From NCBI RefSeq assembly GCF_006345805.1, contig NC_043011.1, forward strand, positions 23,324,464 through 23,388,463: a DNA stretch of 64,000 nt, in the 5' to 3' direction. Both the position numbers and the translations under genes were made by a program. The notes under the pieces are model-generated. The model worked only from the letters and a program-made list of their open reading frames with translations. It made no database searches and was not told the DNA's origin. Of the stretch, positions 1-12,624 are shown in pieces (the first letter of the stretch is position 1; each line of letters starts with the position of its first letter). Origin of the DNA: Octopus sinensis (taxonomy: Eukaryota).

Positions 1-248
1 GTAAACACATGAACAAAATAAGAATAAACAAAAACAAAAAACAAAAAAAATACAAAATACAAAATACAAATTACATGAACATATATAAACAGAAGATACA
101 AATATTACAGGCATGCCCCACATACACACACTAAATAAACATAAACGCACATAGAGATATAAGCATGCGCAAATGAAGACATACAACAGAAATACAAAAT
201 GGCTGACGGTTAGTAAGGAGAGACACAAATAAGTGAGAAGAAAACAAA

Positions 249-293
249 GGACCACTGATGCGGTCACAGGAGTGTGACGAAAGAACTCTGGCC
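249..293 (+). ncRNA. Degenerate minimal type I hammerhead ribozyme motif (PLE-type)
   Basis: ggacca-CTGATGC-g-gtcaca-ggag-tgtgac-GAAA-gaac-TC-tggcc. Stem II is a perfect 6 bp and stem I is cca/tgg. Core A9 is replaced by C. A (TA)n tract starts about 120 nt downstream. Confidence 0.6.
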
Positions 294-411
294 GAAATAA
301 GATTAAGATTAATGTAAAAAATAAATAACACTGAAGCAAAGTAACACCAAATATATAGTGCGTGTGTTTTTATTGGCTAAACTGGCAAAATGACCATTCC
401 GAAATATAACA

Positions 412-421
412 ATATATATAT

Positions 422-481
<60 letters not shown>

Positions 482-530
482 ATATATACATACATATATA
501 TACATATATATTTGTATGTATGTATGTATG
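412..530. repeat. (TA)n/(TATG)n microsatellite
   Basis: Direct reading. Confidence 0.95.
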
Positions 531-904
531 AAGGAAGAGGGGTTTCGTGTGTGTATGTGAGAGAGAGTGAGAAAGAAAGAGACAGACAGACATATGCAAG
601 CAGGGAAAAGGAGAGGTAAAGTGGTCCCAACTGACACGAAACCAAGTAGCAAGTTCACTATTTGCCAGAAGCATTCAACCGCTCTCATCGTTTCCTGAAA
701 ATAAAAAATGCATGAAGTGCCACCGTACATTTGTCGATCACGGGAAACGATCAAAGTATAATCAAGATTACTGCATTTGCTTGAGTTAAATTCGATTTCG
801 AACGAAATGTACAAAAGAAATCAGTAATATACTTTATCCTGTTTATATAATAAAAGTCATTATTGTGAATTGTTAAAGAGATTCAAAGGCATACTGGTAA
901 CTTT

Positions 905-2900
905 TTATAAGTCTGGTGTAGTATTTCGGTTGACTTTCCTTAATGTTCGTATGTCTATTTCCTTTGCTCGTTAAATGCCATCATTTATTAATGATATTTG
1001 ATAATGTCTTTTGATTAGTATTGGTCTGAGTTCAAGGAGTCTTCGTACATGATTATAAGTGTCCGAAACTATGGTACAGATTCTTTTCGCTAGAATATAA
1101 GGTGTATTAATTTTTATGTGTTTGGGGTGGCATGAGTTGAATAATAGGTATTGTTTTGAATCTGTGGGTTTATAGAAGATCTCCGTTTCGATGTGGTTAT
1201 TAACTATTTTAATTAGGATGTCAAGAAAAAGGAGTTATTTATTGCTGTGCTCCATGGTGAGTTGTATGTTGCTATTGATATTGTTGAGCATTATTTTGAA
1301 ATCGAGAAGTTTGTCCGTGCTATCTTTCCAAAGTATAAAGCAATCGTCCAAATACCTCTTCCAGTTCTCCTTTAAATAGCAATGAAATGAGGTGCCATAT
1401 TTTTGTAGTGATGATTGGTATATTTTAAGTTCTAGGTAACCCATTACAAGGTTCGCAATCATTGGGGCAGCTCAGGTTCCCATTGCAATTCCACATTTTT
1501 GTCGATAGTAAACTGTATCGAACATGAAATAGTTTTTCAGTAGGATGAAATTGAGTGTTGCGATTATGAATCTGTGGTTAGTGCGTCCTGGGATCTCTTC
1601 TGGGCATTTTTCTATCCAGAGGGTGATTGCTTCTATACCATAATCGTGAGGGATATTGGTGTACAAGTTCACCACATCGAATGATACTAACAGGGTTCCC
1701 TCATTTATTGTGTTCAGGAGGTGGTCGAGCATGTCTAAGTCATCCCTGATGAAGCTTTTCACATATTTTAGAAACGGTTTGAATAAGATGTCGAGGAAGT
1801 TGCTCAAACGGTGGGTTTCACATGTAGGGCCAGCAATGATGGGTCTAAGTTTGAGGTCAATAGGGGGAGGAACATTAATGCATAGGTTTGGAGAAACTTT
1901 ACAAGCTTTACAAAAGCGAATACTGTATATAGATTTTTGTGTATTTTAGGTAATCCGTAGAATACACTTGGTTTGTATAAATTGGATAAATAGTCAACTT
2001 CTTTTTTAGTGAGGCCCTTTCCATGTATTTGAAGTAAGGAGGATAAGTTTTTAAGTGTCTTCTGTAAGTTGTATTGTACTATCTTCTCATAGTAAATATT
2101 ATTTTCCAACATGGCGAGTATTAAATTTCTGTAGTACTCTGTGTCCATCGTCACTACCGCACTTCCTTTGTCGGCTTCTTTAATGGTCAGCAGGTTTATA
2201 TCCTTTTTTAACTCGATTAAGTCTTTCCATTCATTTGCGCTAAGGTTAGATTTAATTCGTTGTTTTTCTAGGGTATTAAAAGGAAAATTGGTAATATGTT
2301 CACAAAAATCATCAAGTGCTTTATTTCTGCCTTTGTAGGACAGTATTCGCTTTTGTTTTTTACTATTGAGTCATCTTCGCTGGTGTAGTTGTGAAGTGCT
2401 TCTGGAGGCATAATTTTCGGCAGAAATCCATAGTATTATCCTTAATTTCATTCGGGTTCGATCTGCGAGAGATTGGTGTAAATTTTAAACCTCTTGCTAG
2501 AATTTTAGTTTGTGTAATACTTAAGGATTTTCTTTGATAAGTTGATTACTTTCGGTTGTTCTTGTATATTTTGTTCCATTTCACATCTCTGTTTCTCTAA
2601 TTTAGGTCTAAAAATGGTTGTAGTAGGTGGATTTTTGTGGAAAGTCTGTATTGTGTTTGGTTTGTTGAGGAGAAAATGGGTGTAAAATGTGTTTGTGGTA
2701 GTATGTTTGTGGTGGAGTAACTGTGTAGCGGACTAGATTATGATTGTACCGAGGGTTGTTATATTGTCTATGGTTGATGTGGTTTAGGTTAAATTTATTT
2801 TTAATATTGCAATGTGGAGGGAGAATATATGTTGTCTAGTTAGGTTGTGTTTAGTTGAATGCTTGAAGTATCCATGTTGAGGGTTAAGTCTCGGAGGTAA
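905..2900 (-). mobile_element. Penelope-like element (Neptune-type) reverse transcriptase region, frameshifted pseudogene, inverted relative to its endonuclease
   Basis: ORF pieces 1804-2154, 1472-1807 and 1235-1462 carry FYGLPKIHK, LVSFDVVNLYTNIPH, QKCGIAMGT and WKRYLDDCF. Manual translation continues with FYKPTDSKQYLLFNSCHPKH. Confidence 0.9.
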
Positions 2901-2934
2901 ATTCTTCCATTGATTGTGAAATTCTTCCATTGAA

Positions 2935-3600
2935 AGTGAAAAATGTGGTCGACCTAACTGTTGCCCATGCCCCCACCCTTTTGGAGGGTTCAGAGTTCCA
3001 CTTTAAACAAGGTAAAATATTTAAGATTAAATCAAATTTCGCCTCTGTCTCGGAAAACCTAATCTGTTATTACCTGCTTAGGGTGCGGTAATCAGTGTAT
3101 TAGCCAAACAGGAATATCACTCCGTCGAAGAACCACTTTCCGCAAAGAACAAATCCGCCACTCCCAATACAGATACAGATCAGTGAACACATAGAAAGGT
3201 GTGCTAGGAACCTTAATCCTAATTTCCTAATTTTTTCCCTTCTATCAATCTACACAGAAAACCTCAATACAGCAAAGAATGAATAAAGAGGCAAATTTCG
3301 TTAATAAATATCTTCCACAACTCAATACATAACATAATACAGAACACTACTAACCTTTCAATTAATAGCACTAACCCCCATACATCCCATACACCATTCA
3401 CATTACAGTATTATATCAACCCTAATTGCACCAAATCCAGAACTACTACCTCCCTTACACATAATCATTTTACTCAGGAACTAGTAGACCCGACACCATT
3501 CGGGAATCGGTGCGCATTCAAAGCTAGTGAACAGTAATTTACGAAACTGGTATGCCTTTGAATTTCTTTAACAATTCACAATAATGACTTTTATTACTTT
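2935..3600 (+). mobile_element. PLE GIY-YIG endonuclease remnant plus 3' UTR / pseudo-LTR
   Basis: Manual translation across frameshifts gives KKCGRPNCCPC...ENLI.VITCLGCGNQCISQTG.SLRRR...SEHIERC...FLIFPFYQ...RMNKEANFVNKYLPQLNT*, ending near 3331. Confidence 0.85.
3516..3563 (+). ncRNA. Type I hammerhead motif with variant core GUGAACA (G3:C8)
   Basis: attcaaagcta-GTGAACA-gta-att-tac-GAAA-ctgg-TA-tgcctttgaat. Stem I is attcaaag/ctttgaat. It lies in a PLE 3' UTR. Confidence 0.6.
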
Positions 3601-3716
3601 TATTCCTACCTCAGTTCATCTAATTATATATATATATTTATCGTTACTTTTCATAAGAAGCCTTTGCTTTTTTTGATTTCCAATGTGCACTTTTGCTTTT
3701 TTTCTTCTTACTTCAC

Positions 3717-3781
<65 letters not shown>

Positions 3782-4409
3782 GAGTAAATAAGGTATTTCA
3801 GTTTGATTAATGTGATAAAATATTTGTCTAACATTTAAATGTGTACTGGAAGAGTGTTAGAGTGTTGTATTAAACATCATTAAATTCACAATACATACAA
3901 GATGAAATAATCTGAAATATAACGTACCAGAGCTTTATTAAATGATGTGACAGCTGTAGACAGAAGGAATGTTGAGCTGGGATTTGAAAATGGGATAAAG
4001 ATGAAAGGTGTGAAAATATGTTGTGGCCTAGGGGATGTGTTAAATGGGAAAAAAGGGATTGAAATTGGTAACTGTGGCTTAAGTAGCTGCGAATGGTTGT
4101 AGTTTCGTGAGTTGATGGCTTGCTAATTAAAGAAGGAAATTTTGCTGAAAGTGGAGGGAAATACGTGTGCTGTGTACCTGAGAGGCTCTGCGATTTATGG
4201 ATATGAGTTTGGGTGATGAACACAGAGCAGTAGAAAAGGTAAGAAAGTAAAGAAATTAGAATGAATCAGTGCATGCAACGATGAGAGAGATAGAGAGGAA
4301 GAGATATGGAAAGAGAGAGAAAGAGAGAGAGAGAGAGAAGACCAATAGTGGGAATTCTGCGGGTGATAGATGCTGTGTTGAGAAATGGGACGAAATGGTT
4401 AAGTCATTT

Positions 4410-4527
4410 GCTAAGAAAAAATAAAAGGATCCTATGAAAGAGTAGAGGAGAGAAAAAAATAAAAGGATCCCATGAAAGAGTAGAGGAGAGAAAAAATAAA
4501 AGGATCCTATGAAAGAGTAGAGGAGAC
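4410..4527. repeat. ~37-bp minisatellite, 3 copies
   Basis: aaaaaataaaaggatcctatgaaagagtagaggagag is repeated. Confidence 0.9.
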
Positions 4528-4930
4528 GTAAAGGTGATGAAGAAGGAAATGAGATTAAAGGGGTTGGTGACGTGAGGTGAGACAAAACAGAGAAAATAAT
4601 CATGGGATCCGAAAAACAAGCTTCTACTTTAGTAGGGTATATGGCATGAAACAGTTGTTGCTTTTGTCTAAACATCCTAGATTTGTAAATCTGCAATATT
4701 AAAGAACATATTTCTTTCCTGTAACTGTTCAGGAAGAAGCATACTTTTGTTCTGAAGATGTAAACAGGAAGCCATTAATATTTTTATGTAAGTAGATTTT
4801 CCATGTTGAAATATGCAGGTTTGCTTTCTAATGGAATGTTATCAGAAATTTTAAAATTTAGTATTCATTTAGTATTCAAAATTTAGTATTCATTTTTAAG
4901 GTCAAGAATGATATATGTATATATATAGAG

Positions 4931-5013
<83 letters not shown>

Positions 5014-5157
5014 GCGTGTAGACACACACACACACAAATCTAGTGAGTGGAAATGCGCGGGACCTATGTTTTAGCAGTCTTGGTTTATTGTCTAGTTCTT
5101 ACTGTGGTATATTTTGAAGATACCTATTCTACGCCGGATGTGTAGACATCGGATGTG

Positions 5158-5435
5158 TAGGTGCAGGAGTGGCTGTGTGGTAAATAGCATGCTTACCAAC
5201 CACATACTTCCAGTTTCAGTCCCACTGCATAGCACCTTGGGCAAGTGTCTTCTACTTTAGCCTCGAGCCGACCAAAGCCTTGTGAGTGGATTTGGTACAC
5301 GGAAACTGAAAGAAAAAAGACCGATAGAATAAGTACTAGGCTTACAAAGAATAATTACTGGGGTCGATTTGCTCGACTAAAGGCGGTGCTCCAGCATGGC
5401 CGCAGTCAAATAAATGAAACAGGTAAAAGAGTAAA
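5158..5435 (+). mobile_element. tRNA-derived SINE family B (internally deleted copy)
   Basis: Head ggagtggctgtgtggtaa...ttcagtcccactgc and tail ggcggtgctccagcatggccgcagtc...gaaac. Many copies occur in the window. Confidence 0.85.
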
Positions 5436-5654
5436 GAGAGTAAGAGTATCGTGGAAGAAAGCTGATTTCGTCATACTGAAGAACTTGGATAGGATTGTCA
5501 TTGACGAAAACGTAGACATTGATTCAATATTAATAATGTGTATTATCATCTCCAGTAAATTATAGTCGCATGTAGTTATACCTAAACTGGTAAAGTTGAA
5601 AGACTGACGTGGAATGACAAATCACACAATCAGATTTGAAGATATTAGTTTAAA

Positions 5655-6488
5655 ATTTTGGGACAAGACCAGCAATTTCAAGGGAGGGGTAGATCGATAA
5701 CATCGACCCTAGGGCTCAACTAGTACTTATTTTATCAACCTCGAAAGGATGAAAAGCAAAGTCGATTCCAGTGAAATTTGCACCCAGAACGTAGCGACGG
5801 ACGAAATACCGCTATGTATTTTGCCCGGTGTGCTAACGATTCTACCAGCTAGTTGGTTTCGTTGTGTATAATATATAAATCTCAAACTTTGGCATAAGGC
5901 CAGCAATTTTGTGAAAGCGTGAAGTAGAATACATCGGTCCCAGTGCTCAACTTTAGCGACCCCGAAAGGATGATAAGCAAAGTCGACCTCGACGAAATTT
6001 GAACTCGGAATGTAGCGATGGACGAAATACCGCTAAGCATTTTGCTCGACGTGCTAGCGGTTCTTATTTCTTTATTGCCCACAAGGGGCTAAACATAGAG
6101 GGGACAAACAAGGACAGACAAAGGGATTAAGTCGATTACATAGACCCCAGTGCACAACTGGTACTTAATTCATCGACCCCGAAAGCATGAAAGGCAAAGT
6201 CGACCTCGGCGGAATTTGAACTCAGAACGTAGTGGCAGACGAAATACCTATTTCTTTACTACCCACAAGGGGCTAAACACAGAGAGGACAAACAAGGACA
6301 GACAAAACGGATTGAGTCGATTAATCGCCCCCAGTGCGTAACAACTGGACTTATTTAATCGACCCCGAAAGGAGAAGGATGAAAGGCAAAGTCGACCTCG
6401 GCGGAATTGAACTCAGAACGTAACGGCAGACGAAATACCGCTAAGCATTTCGCCCGGCGTGCTAACGATTCTGCCCGCTTACCGCCTT
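5655..6488 (-). mobile_element. Cluster of nested/tandem SINE family A copies
   Basis: Repeated reverse complement of gagttcaaattccgccgaggtcgactttgcctttcatcctttcggggtcga, a B-box followed by a conserved central domain. Confidence 0.9.
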
Positions 6489-6546
6489 CAGATATGAAGT
6501 TATTAAAAAAATAAAATTTAAATGTTTTGTGATAGAAATGGTCATA

Positions 6547-6897
6547 TAGGTGCAGGCATGCTATGTGGTTAAGAAGTTCACTTCACAACCACTTGGTTTT
6601 GGGTTCAGTCCCACTGCACAGCACTTTGGGGAAGTATCTTCTACTGTAGCCCCGGGCCGACCAATGCGTTGCGAATGAACTTGTTGGCTGAAACTGCGTG
6701 GAAGCCCCTCATATGCATGTGTATGTGCTTGTGTTTGTGTCCCCTCTGCGGTACTCGACAACTGGTGTCGGTTTGTTTACGTCCCCGTAAATTAGCGGCT
6801 CGGTAAGTAAGAACGATAAAATAAGTACTGAGGTTGACGTTTTCGAGTAAATCCTTCAAGCCGCAGTCCAATGACTAAAAGAAGTAAAAGAAAAAGA
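6547..6897 (+). mobile_element. SINE family B
   Basis: Homologous to 5158-5435 and 20700-21108. Confidence 0.8.
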
Positions 6898-6928
6898 ATA
6901 CCTAGACGCTCCAAAACCAACGTCAAAT

Positions 6929-7060
6929 CTTTTACTTGTTTCAGTCATTGGACTACAACCATGCTAGGACAATGCCTTTAAGTGGTTTTAGCCGAACGAA
7001 TCGACCTCATATTTTAAAGCCTGATTCTTATTCTATCAGATCACTTTCGCCGTACTGCTG
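6929..7060 (-). mobile_element. SINE family B 3' fragment, tail-to-tail with the preceding copy
   Basis: ttttacttgtttcagtcatt... is the reverse complement of the family B tail. Confidence 0.65.
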
Positions 7061-7122
7061 TACACACACACACACACACACACATACACACACACACACT
7101 CACACACACACACACATACATA

Positions 7123-7276
7123 CAGGTCGTCGATTTGATCATAAACCGGCCTATAGGCATATACATAGCTTTGTTTTATATTTTTACATTCTTAAGTTAC
7201 ATTCTCAGGTGCGTGTGTATTACACTATTATACTATTATACTATTATACTATCGGTCGTAAGTCGACGACTACCTG
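7123..7276. mobile_element. Short Tc1/pogo(Tigger)-type MITE
   Basis: Imperfect TIRs cagg-tcgtcgatttgatc and ggtcgtaagtcgacgactacctg, flanked by TA on both sides. Confidence 0.55.
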
Positions 7277-7460
7277 TATATCGTTTGTGGAAAACATAAA
7301 TCTAGAGAAGAAGCGCACACTAAAATGTAGAGCAGTTTATATTTCAATAGGGAAGACCGGTTTATGGGATTGCCCTGGGTTTCCCTTCACAAAGGGTTTA
7401 GCTCTATTGCCTATCGTCAGATCCCAAAATCTGTTGCCACTTCATAACCAACAGGTTTTG

Positions 7461-7521
7461 GGGGTCTGACGATACGCCATAGAGCTAAACCCTTTATCGA
7501 CGGGAAACCGGGGGTAATCCT
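7461..7521 (+). ncRNA. Type I hammerhead motif, with a diverged inverted copy at ~7367-7424
   Basis: ggggt-CTGACGA-(stem II atagag/ctttat)-GAAA-cc-ggg-gg-TA-atcct. A (TA)n tract starts about 20 nt downstream. Confidence 0.65.
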
Positions 7522-7726
7522 ATAAACTGGCCTTTCCCATTAATATATATATATATATATATATACACAATACATACATACATACATACACAACTACATA
7601 CATACATCATACATACATACATACATAATACATACATACATAAACATACATACATACATACATACATACACACACACACATATATATATATGTATATATA
7701 TATATATAATAATATAAATATATAAT

Positions 7727-7808
<82 letters not shown>

Positions 7809-7919
7809 ATATATATATATATATATATATATATGTAGGTCCCGGGTTGAGTCGGGGTTAACCACAGTAAATAAGGTACTCAATATATAGCAAAGTAAAG
7901 TAATTTATTTTATAGAAGG

Positions 7920-7970
7920 AGCTTCTACAGGACTAGAACTGTTTCATTCAGATGAAATCTTCAGGAAGCT
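7920..7970 (-). ncRNA. Type I hammerhead ribozyme
   Basis: agcttc-CTGAAGA-tttcatctgaat-GAAA-cag-ttctagtc-ctg-TA-gaagct. Stem I is a perfect 6 bp, stem III is ACAG/CUGU and the cleavage triplet is GUA. Confidence 0.85.
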
Positions 7971-8339
7971 GGCTGTCAAAATAAGTTCTGGTATTTATGC
8001 ATTTAGGCAGATTTAATGGAGTGGTGGTGGCAGGGGGGACGTTTTTGGGGTAGGTTGGTATTTAGGAGATAAACAGGACACAAGCTATTGTTCTTAGGGG
8101 AGTGGTCAAAAGGCCAGGGTGTTTTTTGAAATGAGAAGAATCAGTGAGAAAATAAATAAATGAATAAATAGAATAAATGAATAGAAACCCCAAGAATAGT
8201 ATTTCAACAGATATATGGGATGGGATTTTAGGTAAATTTGAAGACAATTGCTTTTTGGTGGTCAAGAAGAGGTAGGCAGTTTGGTATTGTTTAGTGGAGG
8301 GAATAAATAGATAAATATACATGAAAAAACATAAAAAAC

Positions 8340-8476
8340 ATTAAAAAATATAAAATAAATATACATACAAACACACATACATACACATGCGAATATACAT
8401 ATGCATACATACGCCCATATATATACATACATACACATACGCACATATATATATATACATATATATATATACATAC

Positions 8477-8525
<49 letters not shown>

Positions 8526-9137
8526 TACACATACATATACATACATACACCTACATACACACACACACGCACATATATATATATATACATACAAATACAC
8601 ATAAGTATACATACATAAATATACCCATGTACATATAAACATATATATAATTATGCATATATAAACACATACATAAATAAACATATGTACACACAAACAC
8701 AGACATAAATATATACACGCATACATAAACACATATGCACATATAAAAACATATGTGTATATAAATATATATACGCATATATAAGTATATATACGCATAT
8801 AAATACATATATGCAAATATAAATACACACGCATACACACATACATTTATATACAAGTACACATGTATATATAAATACACATACGCATACATAAATATAT
8901 ACATGCATATACACATACATACACATACACACACATATATATATATACATAATTACATACATGCATACATATATACACATATACACATATACATACATAC
9001 GTACACACATATAAATACACATATATGCATATATACATATACATACATAAACATATACATATGCATATACATACATATAAATATATACACATGTACACAC
9101 ATACATACATAAATACATACACACACATACAAACATA

Positions 9138-9188
<51 letters not shown>

Positions 9189-9362
9189 TATACATATATA
9201 TATATACATATACATGCGTATACATACATATGCACATATATACATACACACATATACATGCATACACATACATATGTACATATACATATGCACATATACA
9301 TATTTATGCACATATATACATATATGTGCATATATACATATGCATATATATATATGTATATA
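8340..9362. repeat. Degenerate (TA)/(CA)/(CATA) low-complexity tract within the PLE 3' UTR
   Basis: Direct reading. Confidence 0.9.
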
Positions 9363-9949
9363 GTCTAAGGAGAGAAGGTAATTGGGGGTGATGAAGGAAC
9401 GGTGGTGTGGGGGGGTTGTGGGGTTGTCATCAATCGGGTGGCCGGGTGGGTCTGTAATTTTTGTAGTTTGCATAGATTTTGTGCATACAGTTTGGGGAGT
9501 GTTCCGTGATCTTGTTGAGGAGAGGGCCTTTGGCGGATAAGATCTCCAAGCTCTCAGAAATGCAAAGGTCACAGTAAGTATGGCCTCCCGTGTAAGAACG
9601 CGCTCTCTGGAGTAGTCTCCACTTGATCTTGAAGGGGGTGGAGTTCCTTTTAAGGTGCCAGATATGGGCGGCGAGAGTAGTCTGGTTAGATTTGTCAGGT
9701 CGCCGGAACGAATGTGTGTGGGCGTACCAGCGAGTCTTAAAACTATTTGAGGTCATTCCGATGTACGATTTTCTTTTATCATCGGGGCCTGATCGTACAT
9801 CGCATATGTAGACGAGATCTTTCTGTAGGCAGTTGTTGTTGAGGGGGCAAGTAGTCTTATCAGGGCAGTTGAAATTGCAGTTGCTGTCGGATACTGGATG
9901 GGCTTCGGAAAAAGTAGATTTATTAAGTTTTTTGACGTTTTTGACAGCC

Positions 9950-10003
9950 AGCTTCCTGAAGATTTCATCTGAATGAAACAGCAGTTCTAGTCCTGTAGAA
10001 GCT
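9950..10003 (+). ncRNA. Type I hammerhead ribozyme (inverted copy of 7920-7970)
   Basis: Same sequence with a 3-nt (cag) duplication in loop III. Confidence 0.85.
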
Positions 10004-10014
10004 CCTTCTATAAT

Positions 10015-10106
<92 letters not shown>

Positions 10107-10124
10107 ATATATATATATATATAT

Positions 10125-10290
10125 ATACGACGGGTCTTTTCAGTTTCCGTCTACCAAATCTATTCATAAGACTTTGGTCGACTCGGAGCTATAATAGAAG
10201 ACATTTGCTTAAGGTACCATGCTGTGGGACTGAATCCGAAACAATGTTGTGGCTGAGACGCAAACCTCTTACCACACACCCACACCTAGG
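10125..10290 (-). mobile_element. SINE family B head fragment
   Basis: ttcagtttccgtctaccaaatc...tgggactgaa. Confidence 0.75.
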
Positions 10291-10887
10291 CACGCCTGCA
10301 CTTAGTGATTTTTAAATTTTTTTGCACCATCTCCCTCTTTTCTAACGAGAAGACAAAATAGAGTTGCAGTGTTATTCTATGAAGTAAAGCTGTTGTATAG
10401 TTGCTATCTCCTTTAGGAAACATATAACAACGTTTCACAAGATTTTGGTAGCGTGTCAGAAGCTCTCAAATTTCGGAGTCGTACTTGTCTGGCAAGTGAT
10501 TGAATCTAAGACCGTATATTGAAGTTGAAGCAATTACCACGTTTCATGTTCATTCTACCCATTCAAAAACCACATAGAAATCGTTAACTTCAGTTCATTA
10601 CATTTTTATTTCTTGGTGCCAAAATTTTCGTCGTACTGTCTGCGACCTAGTCACTGAAGCAATTCCACTATTTCCGCCCATGTAATCCTTGTCCTTTCTT
10701 TCACAAGTTTTAGAAGTTGGCAACACCACCTAAATTTGTTTTAAAAATCATGACAATTTGTTTTTTCCTTTCCAGTTCTCACAGTTCTACCACAACCACT
10801 TTACTATCAGAAACACTGCTCTAAACTCACGTAAACTCATTCATTAATAATAACCAATGCCAAATGAATGCACAGCATGCTATCTAA

Positions 10888-11098
10888 GGAAGCGAGTTAG
10901 TAGCATCGTTAGCACGACGGGCAAAACCCTTAGCGGCATTTCCAACGTCCTCACATTGTAAGTTCAAATTCCACCGAGGTTGACTTCGCCCTTCATCCTT
11001 TCGGGATCAATAAACAAAGTACAAGTTGAGCACTGGGGTCGATGTATTCTACTTAACCATTCCCCCTAAATTACTGGCCTTGCACTAAAATTTGAAAT
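10888..11098 (+). mobile_element. Old SINE family A copy
   Basis: agttcaaattccaccgaggttgacttcgcccttcatcctttcggg. Confidence 0.8.
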
Positions 11099-11771
11099 CA
11101 ATTTATAATATGCTACCCAAATATATATAGTTTATTTTATTAATCTCTACATCAGCAGGGAAGCCAACACGTGAGAGAAAGAAAATAGGAGAGAGACTGG
11201 GAAGAAGAGAGAGGAAAAGTGAGCTAGTGTGTAAAAAATGTACGGTATGTGGGTGATATATATTATAAAAAAATATGAATTCATTTAAAGACGATACAAT
11301 TATCAGAGAAACTAAGAAAGCGGGAAGAAAAACGACTATCTATAATATTATAGAAACCGTAGTGCTCACGCTTTCGAAAACGTGATGCGATTACTTCCAG
11401 CTTTTTAATTTATATTTTTATTTTAGTACGTTGTTCATATTGTTTCTAAACAAGAAGTTTCACAGAAAAAACGAAACAACCTCCAGCACTCCTGCAGTTG
11501 GTGGGAATGACACTAGAATATCAAAAGACGAGATAAAATATAATATAAGTTAACGTGTCGCTTATATTGTTATGGTTATACTGTGGCGCATTTTGAAATG
11601 TCTATCTTTCTTCTTTTTCTTTTTTTCTTCTTTCTTTCTTTTTTCTTTGTTTGTTTGTTTGTTTGTTTCTTTCTTTCTAGGCTGGTTGGTTGAGTGGTTA
11701 GTCGGTTCCCATACAGTTAAGAATAGATTTTCCGAGACAAAAATAAAATGCTATAAATAAAGATTTGCAAT

Positions 11772-11823
<52 letters not shown>

Positions 11824-11839
11824 TTAATAATAATAAGGA

Positions 11840-12545
11840 TAACCTTTTTCTTTATTGGCCACTGGGGACGAATACAAAACAAAAAGGGAAAATGCAAAAC
11901 AAGGGACGAATTGGGCTTAGCACAGAAATACGTGTATACAACAAAACAAGAACAATTAGCAACAAAAATTTAATAATAAAATTCTACAAAAGGTGGGAGA
12001 TCCACCTTTAGGCAACCCAGGAATCCTTCACGTCCCGGTCACCCCAACCGCCAAGGGCACCCTAGCAGGTTCCTCTCTTCTCAACCTCTCCAGCTTAAAA
12101 GCGTATGTTCAGAGTAGGCCCATTCACACAGGCCGTCCTCACCACATTCACCCATCTTTCAATAAAAATACTGAGGTGCAGCACTTCCTTCTCCATTTTT
12201 ACTTTCCTTTTCAAGTGGAACTCGAAAAAGTCGACGAGGGCTTGGCCGAAGAGGCAAGTATGCTACTTCAGTCCTTTCAACCTCGTTAACCACGCTACTT
12301 TTTTTCACCATAGCCACCAGACAAAGGAAAACTGCTTTCATTTCCCAGCCAATAGAAAGCAGTGGAGCCATCCTCATGACGGGCCCGGCTGATAACCGGA
12401 TCTGTCCTTTACGAACTAACAGCTGTTCTACAAATATTCACAAATCAGTAATGCCCGGACATTGGACGAGTGCATGCAGAACGGTTTCATTGCCATTAGT
12501 TTGAACGCTTAGGCCTGACATACATCCCTCGGGAGGATATCTATC
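11840..12545 (-). mobile_element. L1/Tx1-clade LINE 3' end (ORF2 zinc knuckle and 3' UTR) abutting (AAT)n at 11773-11835
   Basis: Manual translation gives NETVLHALVQCPG...FLCLVAMVKK..W.TR.K...F.ERW...*. Confidence 0.7.
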
Positions 12546-12624
12546 ATATTTAGTTCTGTGCATTTCGCAGCCGTTGGTTCGAATTTATTGTTGTTCCTGT
12601 TGTTGTTGTTGATAAAAAAAAATA

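Larger units (their letters stand above)
7836..10013 (-). mobile_element. 5'-truncated Naiad-type PLE: GIY-YIG C-terminus, microsatellite-rich 3' UTR, terminal HHR and inverted 5' pseudo-LTR, embedded in (TA)n
   Basis: ORF 9430-9756 (FKTRWYAHTHSFR...TTLAAHIWHLK...IKW...CDLCISE...LLNK..E....CMH) is preceded in frame by CNCNFNC...CPLNNNCLQKDLVY...YIG. Inverted repeat 7911-7981 / 9939-10013. Confidence 0.85.

Noticed and set aside
5450-5625. Open minus-strand frame of ~60 codons between SINEs as a downstream exon
   Set aside because: No clear donor site and no recognisable homology.
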